From: Spirulina sp.
Lineage (GTDB): Bacteria > Cyanobacteriota > Cyanobacteriia > Phormidesmidales > Phormidesmidaceae
Assembly (NCBI GenBank): GCA_044070495.1
Contig: JBIPSI010000003.1
Span: 96,001 to 160,000, forward strand
DNA length: 64,000 nucleotides
Direction of reading: 5' to 3'
Part shown: positions 7,886 to 16,782 of the stretch, piece by piece
Layout of the letters: each line of letters starts with the position of its first letter
Position numbering within the stretch: the first letter of the stretch is position 1
Position numbers and translations under genes: made by a program
The notes under the pieces: generated by a model
What the model was told of the DNA's origin: nothing
Databases searched by the model: none
The model's input: the letters and a program-made list of their open reading frames with translations, nothing else

Positions 7886-9031
7886 ATGATGGAGATTCCC
7901 CCAGTCATTCGCCCTGAACGAACTCTATCAACGGCTGAGCGAATAGAGCTGTATAGGACACTCAACGGGTTGCCATTGTCTCAGCTACTAGAGCTAGAGT
8001 TTGCTCTGGATGTGCCTCAGGGGATTATGCCGCCGCCACTGGAGCGACAAGGCCTCCGAACTAGAGTTTTGCTTGATTGGGTTGGAGGCTCGACAGGAAT
8101 TGGATGGGATAAATTTCTTGACGTATTGAGAGATGTGACTGGTATCTCGCTAACCTGCCGATCTCAACGACTTAAAGTAGTCATTGAGGGAGATATCGCA
8201 GAAGCCGATTCAACACTATTACTCAAAATGTTGGCTGAGTTTCAAACCCAAGCACAGGCCCCTTCCCTAAAAATTTCCAGCATTAGGGAAGGTAGTATAG
8301 AGCTGATTTTGCAAGGTACCCCAGAGGAAATAGATCGGCTGAGAGAGTTGATAGATTCAGGTCAGCTTACCGAGTTCGTAGGGCAGCGCATTGGAGATGT
8401 AGAAAAAATCATTGATCTCAGCCATGCCAACCTCAGCAGTGCCAACCTCATCCGTGCCGACCTCATCCATGCCGACCTCAGCGGTGCCGACCTCAGCGGT
8501 GCCAACCTCAGCGGTGCCGACCTCAGCGGTGCCAACCTCAGCGGTGCCAACCTCAGCGGTGCCAACCTCAGCGGTGCCAACCTCAGCGGTGCCGACCTCA
8601 GCCGTGCCGACCTCATCCATGCCGACCTCGGTGGTGCCGACCTCGGTGGTGCCGACCTCAGGCAGGCCATCCTCAGGCATGTCGCCCTCAGCGGTGCTGA
8701 CCTCAGCCGTGCCATCCTCAGCGACACTGACCTCAGCCGTGCCGATCTCATGCAGGCCAACCTCAGCCATGCCATCCTCAGCCATGCCAACCTCAGCGAT
8801 GCCGACCTCAGCGATGCCGACCTCAGCCATGCCATCCTTAGCCATGCCCTCCTCAACGACACTGACCTCAGCCATGCCATCCTTTTCCGTACCGACCTCA
8901 GCCGTGCCATCCTCCGCAGTACAATATTTGGCAATAACCAAGGGTTAGATCAGGCAGACAAAATCGATTTGATAGAACGGGGGGCCATTTTTCGAGACAC
9001 CCCTGGCTCAGATGCCCCGGTCTTGGTCTAA
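7886..9031 (+). CDS. Pentapeptide-repeat protein with N-terminal helical (EAD-like) domain
   Basis: About 33 A(D/N)LSG-type repeats in the C-terminal half; non-repeat N-terminal ~175 aa. Confidence 0.85.
   Translation: MMEIPPVIRPERTLSTAERIELYRTLNGLPLSQLLELEFALDVPQGIMPPPLERQGLRTRVLLDWVGGSTGIGWDKFLDVLRDVTGISLTCRSQRLKVVIEGDIAEADSTLLLKMLAEFQTQAQAPSLKISSIREGSIELILQGTPEEIDRLRELIDSGQLTEFVGQRIGDVEKIIDLSHANLSSANLIRADLIHADLSGADLSGANLSGADLSGANLSGANLSGANLSGANLSGADLSRADLIHADLGGADLGGADLRQAILRHVALSGADLSRAILSDTDLSRADLMQANLSHAILSHANLSDADLSDADLSHAILSHALLNDTDLSHAILFRTDLSRAILRSTIFGNNQGLDQADKIDLIERGAIFRDTPGSDAPVLV
8415..8920 (+). repeat. 15-bp tandem repeats encoding the pentapeptide solenoid
   Basis: Repeated GCC(G/A)ACCTCAGCGGT and variants. 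Confidence 0.95.
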
Positions 9032-9149
9032 CTTCCAGATGTCTCAAACTTGCTATGGCCGTTTATTCTACAGAAAATGGGGTTGCAACTAGATCTATCC
9101 AGTTATCCCAGGCATTAGGCAGGAATGACGGAAAGAGAGAGCAAAATAA

Positions 9150-9250
9150 AGGGCACCTCAATTAATTGCCTTATTGCGAATCCAAAGAGACTGAAACCAC
9201 TAGAATCTAGTACCTATTCTCAATAAGGTTTGTATTTTTCGAGGTGCCCT
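9150..9250. mobile_element. 101-bp MITE-like element
   Basis: AGGGCACCTC (9150-9159) / GAGGTGCCCT (9241-9250) terminal inverted repeats plus a second inner inverted block CCTTATTG(C/A)GAAT. Confidence 0.6.
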
Positions 9251-9473
9251 AGAGAATAATCAGGTGCTCCTAAAGGCCTTACGGCAGTAGATCGCAGGTT
9301 TTGGAGGATTTTTCTCTAACCTGTAGATTAATGCGCTACCAAGACAACTTAGCTGGATCTTCACCACTGCTCCGAATGAGGTCTAGAATGCTTGCCAATA
9401 AACGGCTTCAGCCACACGGGCGCTAACTTTGAACCAGCCCCTATTCTGAGGCCCAGTCTATTCACGGTGGCCC

Positions 9474-12400
9474 ATGGCTGAAACAGTCTCCATTCTGCTC
9501 CAGGCAATCGATCAAGTGTCGCCCGTTCTCAACGCGATTCGGTCGGGGTTGGCGGGTCTATCCAGCGGGTTTGACTCTGGTGGGCTAGCCAGTGGGGCGG
9601 GGCACATCGGCAGTGCGATCACTGATGCGGGACAGCGGATCATGGCTGTCCAGGGTGACTTGCAGCGGGCCAGTGGGGCGATGGTGGTAGGCGGGGCGGC
9701 GATGGCGGCTCCGATTGTGGCGTTTGGTGCATCGGCGGCGCAGGTGGCAGGGCAGTTCGAGGCCAGCATGAACCAGGTTGCGGCCCTGTCGGGGGAGATG
9801 CCTGGAACCGTGGGCAGCAGTTTTAATGCCATGCGCCAGCAGGCGATGGAACTGGGGCGCACCACTCAATACAGCGCCAGTGAGGCCGCAGGGGCGATGG
9901 CGTTCCTTTCTGCCGCAGGCTTTCAGGCTGAGCAAACCATGGGTGCCCTGCCTGCCACGTTGCAACTGGCGGCGGCGACCAATACCGACCTAGCCCGCAC
10001 AGCGGATATTGCCTCGAATGTGATGACGGGCTATAGCTCCGTGGTGAGCGAGGCCGGGGGCAACTATGAGGTGGCCATGCGCCGGGTGGCCAGCGTGACG
10101 GCGGAGGCCTTTTCTACGTCTAACCTGGGCACCTCGATCAGCGGGTTGGGCGAGTCGATGAAGATGGTGGCTCCCCTGGCCTCTGGGATGGGTATTTCCT
10201 TCGAGCAAACGGCGGCGGCAATTGGGATGCTGGGCAATGCGGGGATTCAGGGCACGATGGCGGGCACCCAGATGGCGATGGTGCTTCAGAAGCTGGCCAA
10301 TCCGGTCGGACGTACCCAGAGCAAAATTGCGGAGCTGGGACTGGAGTTCCATAACGCGGACGGCTCTGTGAAGGACTTTGTGGGCATTTTGGCTGAGCTA
10401 GAGCGGGCCAACGTTAGCGCATCCGATATGTCGGCCCTGTTCGGGGAACAAACCAAGTCCATGATCCCGCTCCTAGAAATGGGGAGTCAGGCGGTGGCTG
10501 ACTATGCGGATCAACTGGCAACCGCCGATGGTCGAGGACGGCTGGAGCAACTTGCCGATGTGCAGATGCAGGGATTCCAGGGCGCTCTCCGGTCGCTGGG
10601 TAGCGCCTGGGAGGGGTTACAGATCTCGTTTATGTCGAGCGGGGTGCTGAATGTGTTTAGCGGCATCATCCAGGGCATTGCGGGCATGGTGCGGGCTTTT
10701 GCGGGGCTTCCGGCTCCGGTGTTCCAGGTGATTGCCGTCATCATGGGCCTAGTTGCCGCTGTGGGTACCGTCATGGCTGCATTAGGCGGGATTGGTCTAG
10801 CGGCCTCCGCCATCATGGGTGGGTTTGCGGCGCTGCCCGTTTTCTTTGGGGCTGTGGGTACGATAGTCAGCGCCCTAGGTGGCATATTTGCTGCCGTTGG
10901 AGCCGTGGCCGCTGGTTCCTTGTTGCCGATTCTGGGCATCGCTGCCGCTGTTGCCGCTGCCGCCTTCCTGATCATCGCGAACTGGTCGGCCATCTCTGGG
11001 GTGTTGGCCGGGGTAGGGGCTGCGATAGCATCGGCATTTCAACCCTTGCTCACCGTCCTGGGGCAAGCGATAGCGGTCATCCAAGCTTATTTCGCTGGCT
11101 TGGTTGAGGGGTTCCGGGCGGGACTGGCTCCCCTTGGTGGCATCTTTGCGGAAGTCGGTGCGGCCTGGGGTTCAGCCTTTCAAGGGGTAGGGGCGGCGTT
11201 TCAGGCTGTCCTAGGCATTGTGGGCCAGGTCGTGGGCGCAATTGCGGGGGCGATTTCGACGACGCTGGGGCTGGGGGCTGGATTTGATGCGGCCACATCG
11301 GGCGCTCGTTCCTTTGGGGCCACGGTGGGCGGGGCTATGGCGGGGGCGGTAGTGGCGACGGCCCGCGTTGTGGGTGGTGTAGCCCAGATCGGGGCAATGC
11401 TGGTGCAGGGGTTGGCGGGGGCGATCTCGGCGGTGGCTGGTGTGGTCGGGGCCGTTCTGGCTCCTATCCTCAGGATTGGCAGCGCCATTGCAGGTGCCCT
11501 CGGTGGTGCCGCCGTCGGCGCGATAGTGGGCCTGGTACAGGGGCTAGGGTCAGCCATCGCGCCAGTGGGTGCCGCCTTCTCCAGTGCGGGTGCGGCCCTT
11601 GGCCTTGCCTTTGAGTCGATCAAGCTGGCTATGGCGGATGTGGGAACGGCGTTCCAGTCGGCCTTCGCTACCATTGGTGCGGCGATTGCTCCCATCAGTG
11701 CAGCCCTGAGTCGTTTGGGAATTGAGTTTGGCGGGGCTGGCAGTGCTGCTCAACTGCTGGGGACAATGGTGGGCCAAGGACTCGCCGCCATCATTATCGG
11801 AGTTGCCAGGGTGGTTACTGTAGTCGCCCAACTGGTGGCGATCTTTGTTCGCCTAGGGGCCGCGATTGTCTCTGGGCTGGCCACCGCCTCTGCCGCCGTC
11901 TCTACCTTGGCCGCAGGAGTCCTGGGCAGATTGAGTGGCGCGATGGCCAGCGTCATTGCCTTGGGCTCTGGGTTGGCCCAAGCCTTCATGAATCCTGTAC
12001 AGACCATCGCGACTCTATTCGCCGCTCTTCCGAGTCAGATTGCCTCAGTAGTCGGCCAAATCACGGGCCTCATGGCGGGTCTCTTCTCAGGGGTTGGCGG
12101 TGGCGGGGGCAGCGGTATTGCGGCGGCGGTTCTCGCGCCCCTGCGGATTATTCCTGCGGCGATTGTAGGGATTGCGGGACAGGTGCAGTCGGCCCTGGGA
12201 GGCCTATTCTCTGGGGCGGGTGCCCAGGGGGCCATTGCTTTTGTGCAGAATATTCTGTCCGCATTGGGTACCCTGCCGGGGGCGATTGCGGGCATTGCCA
12301 GCGGTCTAGCAGGTGCCTTCACGGGGGCAATCACAGGCATCGTGGCTCAGTTCATGGCGCTGGGGACGACCATTGCCTCCACCTTAACCACGGCACTATC

Positions 12401-13610
12401 AACGATTGGCCAGGTCATTGGCAGCGGTCTAACCACAGCGTTTCAGTCCGCGATCTCAGTGGTGCAGGTGGGCCTAGCGACCTTACAGGCTGGGGTGATG
12501 GCAGCGGCAACCCTGATCGGGACTGGGCTATCCTTCGCCTTTCAGTCCGTGCTGACTGCCCTGGCACAGTTCGGGCCAATGATCGCCGGGTTCATCGCGG
12601 TGCTGATGCAGATCCCTCCCATCGCGATGCAGATCGGTATGGCTGTGATGGCGGTAGTAATGCAGGTCATCGCAGGCTTTCAGCAGATCATCATGGCGGG
12701 CCAAATGGTGATCGCCGGATTCATGCAGGTGGGTGTCGCCGTGATGGCCTTCGGAGTTCAGTCCGTCGGTGCAGTTCAGGGGGTGGTTGGTGCGATTGCG
12801 GCCCTGGTGGGTCGGGTACCCAGCATTACGGCGGCATTTAGCGCCATGGCTTCAGCCGTCCTCGGAGTTCTGAATGGCCTAGCGGGGCAGATGTTTGGCG
12901 CGGGTGCCCGCATCGTGCAGCAGATTGCGGCGGGGATTCGATCCGGCATGGGAGTTGTCACATCTGCCATTTCCAGCGTAGCGGCGGCGGTGCGGGGGGC
13001 ATTGCCCTTTTCCCCTGCTGAGTGGGGGCCACTCTCCGACCTGCATAAGACAGGGCCAGGGTTGATCAATACCTTCACCCAAGGCATAGAGCCGGGGCCA
13101 GTGGAACGGGTGCTGGGTTCTGTGATGGGACGGGCGCGGCGGATCATTAGCGAACCCCTGGAGCCGAACATCATTGGGGCCAATGCGGTGGTCGGTTCCG
13201 CCATGGCTGGAGCAATCGCGCTAACCCCGGCCCTTGGCGGGGGCATCATGCCGCCTAATGCCCCCGCCCCACAGGCTCCGACGCTGGCCCAGGGGGTGGG
13301 CCTTGAGGCCATGCGGACGCCGCCGTTCATTCCAGAGGGGCTGACGGGGCCAGGGTTACTAGGGCCACCAGGGTTACCGCCTGAACCCAGGGTGCCCGTG
13401 ATGGAGTCCTCCGCTGCACCAACGGCAAGTGGAGGACTGGGTGGCGCACCGATTACCATCAACCTGACCATGAATGTGACCGTGGAGGGCGGAGGAAACG
13501 AGCAAGACCTGCGCCGCCAGTTCCAAGCCATACTTGCCGAGGGCGGCGATCTGCTAGAGCGAAAGCTGAACGAAATAGCTGCTGATCATCGTCGCCGGGG
13601 GTATAGCTAA
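9474..13610 (+). CDS. Phage tail tape measure protein (TP901-type core)
   Basis: 1378 aa, Ala/Gly-rich; FEASMNQVAALSG..MRQQAMELGRTTQYSASEAA, LGNAGIQGTMAGT; C-terminal LPFSPAEWGPLSDL motif. Confidence 0.95.
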   Translation: MAETVSILLQAIDQVSPVLNAIRSGLAGLSSGFDSGGLASGAGHIGSAITDAGQRIMAVQGDLQRASGAMVVGGAAMAAPIVAFGASAAQVAGQFEASMNQVAALSGEMPGTVGSSFNAMRQQAMELGRTTQYSASEAAGAMAFLSAAGFQAEQTMGALPATLQLAAATNTDLARTADIASNVMTGYSSVVSEAGGNYEVAMRRVASVTAEAFSTSNLGTSISGLGESMKMVAPLASGMGISFEQTAAAIGMLGNAGIQGTMAGTQMAMVLQKLANPVGRTQSKIAELGLEFHNADGSVKDFVGILAELERANVSASDMSALFGEQTKSMIPLLEMGSQAVADYADQLATADGRGRLEQLADVQMQGFQGALRSLGSAWEGLQISFMSSGVLNVFSGIIQGIAGMVRAFAGLPAPVFQVIAVIMGLVAAVGTVMAALGGIGLAASAIMGGFAALPVFFGAVGTIVSALGGIFAAVGAVAAGSLLPILGIAAAVAAAAFLIIANWSAISGVLAGVGAAIASAFQPLLTVLGQAIAVIQAYFAGLVEGFRAGLAPLGGIFAEVGAAWGSAFQGVGAAFQAVLGIVGQVVGAIAGAISTTLGLGAGFDAATSGARSFGATVGGAMAGAVVATARVVGGVAQIGAMLVQGLAGAISAVAGVVGAVLAPILRIGSAIAGALGGAAVGAIVGLVQGLGSAIAPVGAAFSSAGAALGLAFESIKLAMADVGTAFQSAFATIGAAIAPISAALSRLGIEFGGAGSAAQLLGTMVGQGLAAIIIGVARVVTVVAQLVAIFVRLGAAIVSGLATASAAVSTLAAGVLGRLSGAMASVIALGSGLAQAFMNPVQTIATLFAALPSQIASVVGQITGLMAGLFSGVGGGGGSGIAAAVLAPLRIIPAAIVGIAGQVQSALGGLFSGAGAQGAIAFVQNILSALGTLPGAIAGIASGLAGAFTGAITGIVAQFMALGTTIASTLTTALSTIGQVIGSGLTTAFQSAISVVQVGLATLQAGVMAAATLIGTGLSFAFQSVLTALAQFGPMIAGFIAVLMQIPPIAMQIGMAVMAVVMQVIAGFQQIIMAGQMVIAGFMQVGVAVMAFGVQSVGAVQGVVGAIAALVGRVPSITAAFSAMASAVLGVLNGLAGQMFGAGARIVQQIAAGIRSGMGVVTSAISSVAAAVRGALPFSPAEWGPLSDLHKTGPGLINTFTQGIEPGPVERVLGSVMGRARRIISEPLEPNIIGANAVVGSAMAGAIALTPALGGGIMPPNAPAPQAPTLAQGVGLEAMRTPPFIPEGLTGPGLLGPPGLPPEPRVPVMESSAAPTASGGLGGAPITINLTMNVTVEGGGNEQDLRRQFQAILAEGGDLLERKLNEIAADHRRRGYS

Positions 13611-13611
13611 G

Positions 13612-14109
13612 ATGCGCGGATTCTTTGGGCCACTAGAATTTGAGAATGCCTACTCCCCGACGGGGGCCACCCTCAAGCTGGCCAATAAACTCGCGGAACA
13701 CCCCCGATTAGAAACCAAGGGGGTCTTGCAGTGGACGGGATACGATTTGAACCTGGTCGATCTAAAATTTCGCTGGGACTACTGGCATACCAACCCAGCC
13801 GCCCAGGTCGAGACGGCGATGGCAATGTTGATGGCCCATGACGCTTATCCCCTAGTCACCGTCACCGAGGTGAAGGGGACAGTCTACGGAATGCCCTACG
13901 GGGGCAGCGATATTTTTGAGAACGAGTATGTTATGGCCAAGTTTGACATCGACGTAAAGCACACCGACCACTCCGGGCGGCTGACCTGCGTGGAGGCCAC
14001 TGCCCACCTCATCGAGGTGGTTCAGGACGGCGGCATTGGTGGCATTGGGGCAGGCGGGGGCGGGTTCCTGGGCGCAATCGGCGGGTTCATATCGGGATTG
14101 TTCGGCTAA
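13612..14109 (+). CDS. P2 GpU-like tail protein
   Basis: MRGFFGPLEFE...AEHPRLETKGVLQWTG.DL; directly follows the tape measure gene. Confidence 0.7.
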   Translation: MRGFFGPLEFENAYSPTGATLKLANKLAEHPRLETKGVLQWTGYDLNLVDLKFRWDYWHTNPAAQVETAMAMLMAHDAYPLVTVTEVKGTVYGMPYGGSDIFENEYVMAKFDIDVKHTDHSGRLTCVEATAHLIEVVQDGGIGGIGAGGGGFLGAIGGFISGLFG

Positions 14110-14414
14110 TGAGTACGTTTGTTTTCAACAACCAACAACTGATTGAGGACGTGACCCGCAGGCTACACCAAGGCACTCAACCCTTCCGTCAGTTTGTTCC
14201 GAACGTCGATGTTCGCTGGGATGCCCTCAGCCATGCCTTCTACGGCACTCCCTGGCTAGAGGAAATCCTAGTCAGGGCCAACCCCAACCACATCGGCCAA
14301 GTCTTTGCCCCCGCCGGGACAACTTTGATTATCCCGGAACTGGGCAAGGTGGCTTGGGTCGATCCGAATAGCCTGCCCCCATGGGATACTCGGCGGCAAA
14401 GCCGGAGGCGCTAG
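14109..14414 (+). CDS. Tail protein X-like (LysM-like)
   Basis: RWDALSHAFYG...ILVRANP...AGTTLIIP...LPPW pattern. Confidence 0.85.
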   Translation: MSTFVFNNQQLIEDVTRRLHQGTQPFRQFVPNVDVRWDALSHAFYGTPWLEEILVRANPNHIGQVFAPAGTTLIIPELGKVAWVDPNSLPPWDTRRQSRRR

Positions 14415-15464
14415 ATGGTTCAGAGCGGTGGTAACGCCGGGGGTGGGCGGAGGCCCAGACTCCCGGCCTATGACGTGTCCTACGAGGGCGCAGACATCTC
14501 GCTATACATCGAAAAAATCGAGGTTACTGAGGAACTGGAGGGTAGCAGCGACTCGGCTAACCTGGTCGCCAATAACTACCAACTGCACTGGTATAACGAA
14601 TGGCGACCGCGCCTTGGTGATCGCTTCACGGTTAGCCTTGGCTATCGGGATGAAGCCTTTACGGCCCCAGTCACCTACGAGGTGGATGAACCGACCTTTC
14701 GGATTGCGCCGGACGTGATGGAGCTGAAAGGGCTGGCTACCCCAGTGACCGAGAGCCTACGTCAGAAGTCTAGCAATGCCTTTGAACAATGGACGCTGCG
14801 CGAGATGGCCGAGTATGTGGCCGAAAAGCACGGCCTAGAGTTGGTCGGGGAGGTGCCTGAAATTCTCTTTGATCGCGTCACCCAGAAAAATGAAGAGGAT
14901 CTGGCATGGCTGCGTAAGCTCGCCCTCAAGTATGGCGTGATCTTCAAGGTCGAGAGTTGTGAACGCCTGGTCTTTGCCGTCGAGAGCGAGATTGAGGCCA
15001 TGCCGCCGATCTACGAAATCAGTCGTAAGTTGCTGAGTGATGACGGTAGCACCAGCTTTAAGATGCAGACCACGGACACCTATCGGGAGGCCCAGGCCGA
15101 CTACAAAGACCCGAAGACGAATGAATGGATGACCCTGGTCGCCACCTCCGACAATCCAGAGGTGGCGACGGGCGACGTTCTGCGGATTACGGGGGAGCGC
15201 TTCGAGAACGTAGAGCAACTGGAACTCAGGACGGCGGAGGCACTTCGTAAGGCCAATAGCACCCTGGTGGAAGGAACGCTCAACCTAGAGGGTGAGGTGT
15301 ACTGGCGGGCGGGGCTGAACCTCTGGCTACCCGACGACCGAGACGAGTTTGGTTTCTTGGGCGGCAAATACCAGGTTCGCAGCGTTAAGCACACCCTGGT
15401 GCCAGAGGGGGGCCGAAAGCAGGGCTGGCGCTCCGAGTTGTCCGTCCGCAAAGTCTTTGAGTGA
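14415..15464 (+). CDS. Phage late control D / baseplate hub protein
   Basis: DISLYIEKIEVTEELEGSSDSA, RVTQKNEEDLAWLRKLALKYG..FKV, GKYQVRSVKHTL. Confidence 0.9.
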   Translation: MVQSGGNAGGGRRPRLPAYDVSYEGADISLYIEKIEVTEELEGSSDSANLVANNYQLHWYNEWRPRLGDRFTVSLGYRDEAFTAPVTYEVDEPTFRIAPDVMELKGLATPVTESLRQKSSNAFEQWTLREMAEYVAEKHGLELVGEVPEILFDRVTQKNEEDLAWLRKLALKYGVIFKVESCERLVFAVESEIEAMPPIYEISRKLLSDDGSTSFKMQTTDTYREAQADYKDPKTNEWMTLVATSDNPEVATGDVLRITGERFENVEQLELRTAEALRKANSTLVEGTLNLEGEVYWRAGLNLWLPDDRDEFGFLGGKYQVRSVKHTLVPEGGRKQGWRSELSVRKVFE

Positions 15465-15488
15465 CTAAGATAGGGGCACGTTTGGAGG

Positions 15489-16307
15489 ATGGGAATGTCC
15501 AAAAACCTATTCAGCCATAGGCCCGTTAGCCCTGGTGGCGATGTCCATAACGTTCAGCAGGGGCGATTGGCACTGCGCTGGGGCAAGGTGGTGGAGCTAT
15601 CGCCAGAGCATAGCCAAGTCAGGGTTGAGACGGACGAACTCGACGAAATCCCGTCCTACTGGCTTTCCATCCTGTATCCCAAAACCTGGCACGACAAATT
15701 CTATTGGATGCCCGAACTGGATGAGCATGTCTGGTTTCTGTGGGACGAGCAGGGCGAAGAGGGCGTTATCCTGGGCGCGTTCTACTGTGCTGAGGTGCCC
15801 CTGTCGGAACGACACGAACCCACCCCGCACAAAACCGAGATTCACTGGGGCGATGAGAGTTTCTTTATCTATGATCGCGCCGAACATCGGGGCGAGTGGA
15901 ACGTGCGGGGGCAGGTCGAGATCCGCGCTAAGGATGGTCGGATGGAACTCGAAGCCACCGACGATCTACACCTCCATGGCAAGACCATCACCCTCGAAGC
16001 CTGCGAACGCATTACGCTACGGGCTCCCCTAATTATTCTGGAGGGGGCCGTCACGATGAATGGAGGGGCCGGGGGCATTGCCATGATGGGAGCCAGTTTC
16101 ATGGCGGGTGGCATTCCCATTGCTGGCATTGGTAGTGCTGTGGCCGGGGGCCGGGTGGTATCTGGGATTCCAGGGCTGGCAGGTGGATCTGGTGGCGGTG
16201 AGGTCGGCTGCCCGGAGCCAGAGACGGCAGCAGAGGTTGAGGTTGAGCAAGAGGGTGACCTGCGCCGATTGATGGGATACACGCCACCGGGGTTCGGAAA
16301 TGCCTGA
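15489..16307 (+). CDS. Baseplate assembly protein V (spike)
   Basis: OB-fold segment GKVVEL..QVRVE..SYWL..FYWMPELDEHV..GVILGAFY, then beta-helix-like repeats. Confidence 0.9.
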   Translation: MGMSKNLFSHRPVSPGGDVHNVQQGRLALRWGKVVELSPEHSQVRVETDELDEIPSYWLSILYPKTWHDKFYWMPELDEHVWFLWDEQGEEGVILGAFYCAEVPLSERHEPTPHKTEIHWGDESFFIYDRAEHRGEWNVRGQVEIRAKDGRMELEATDDLHLHGKTITLEACERITLRAPLIILEGAVTMNGGAGGIAMMGASFMAGGIPIAGIGSAVAGGRVVSGIPGLAGGSGGGEVGCPEPETAAEVEVEQEGDLRRLMGYTPPGFGNA

Positions 16308-16782
16308 TTCATTTAACGCGCAAGACATTCAGATCGTGCCGCCCGTCCCGCCCATCCCGGCGATCTCGGAGGTGTCGATGCCGCGATCCCTATGGCGGCA
16401 AGCCAAGCTAAGCGAAATTGGCAACGGCGTTGCCGATTCAGTGGGTGCGGTTGTAACCGACCTAGCCGACGTGGCCCAGTGCATTCAGATTATTCTGACC
16501 ACACCCAAGGGCACCGATCCCTACCGCCCAGACTTTGCCCTAGAGATTTTGGACTACCTGGACTGGCCGATCCAAAAGGCTACGCCGTTTGTGGTGCGCG
16601 AAGCCATGCGGGCCGTGCTGACCTGGGAACCCAGGGTAGAGGTGACAAAGGTTGGAGTACGCTACGACGGAGCACCCCTGGGGCAGGCGTACATCTCGGT
16701 TGAATGGCGGCTCAAAGATCCACCTAGATCGACCCAGGTACAGATCACCGAGGCATTGTTTGGGAGGACGGTGTATGGCTGA
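16300..16782 (+). CDS. GpW/gp25 baseplate protein
   Basis: DVAQCIQIILTTPKGTDPYRPDF...YLDWP...WEPRVEV. Confidence 0.92.
   Translation: MPDSFNAQDIQIVPPVPPIPAISEVSMPRSLWRQAKLSEIGNGVADSVGAVVTDLADVAQCIQIILTTPKGTDPYRPDFALEILDYLDWPIQKATPFVVREAMRAVLTWEPRVEVTKVGVRYDGAPLGQAYISVEWRLKDPPRSTQVQITEALFGRTVYG

Noticed and set aside
8357..8948. Three extra long ORFs (194, 190, 178 aa) over the pentapeptide region
   Set aside because: Shadow frames of a stop-free 15-bp repeat.
9255..9345. Further IS-end-like sequence (...GATTAATGCGCTACC)
   Set aside because: Resemblance from memory only; no partner inverted repeat or transposase found.
9512..13531. Many antisense ORFs within the tape measure gene
   Set aside because: Expected shadows of a GC-rich Ala/Gly-coding gene.
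16652..16774. N-terminal extension of baseplate J (likewise the track's long starts for gatA, ispH, argD, GNAT and fasciclin)
   Set aside because: Extensions overlap neighbours or lack family similarity; downstream starts fit better.
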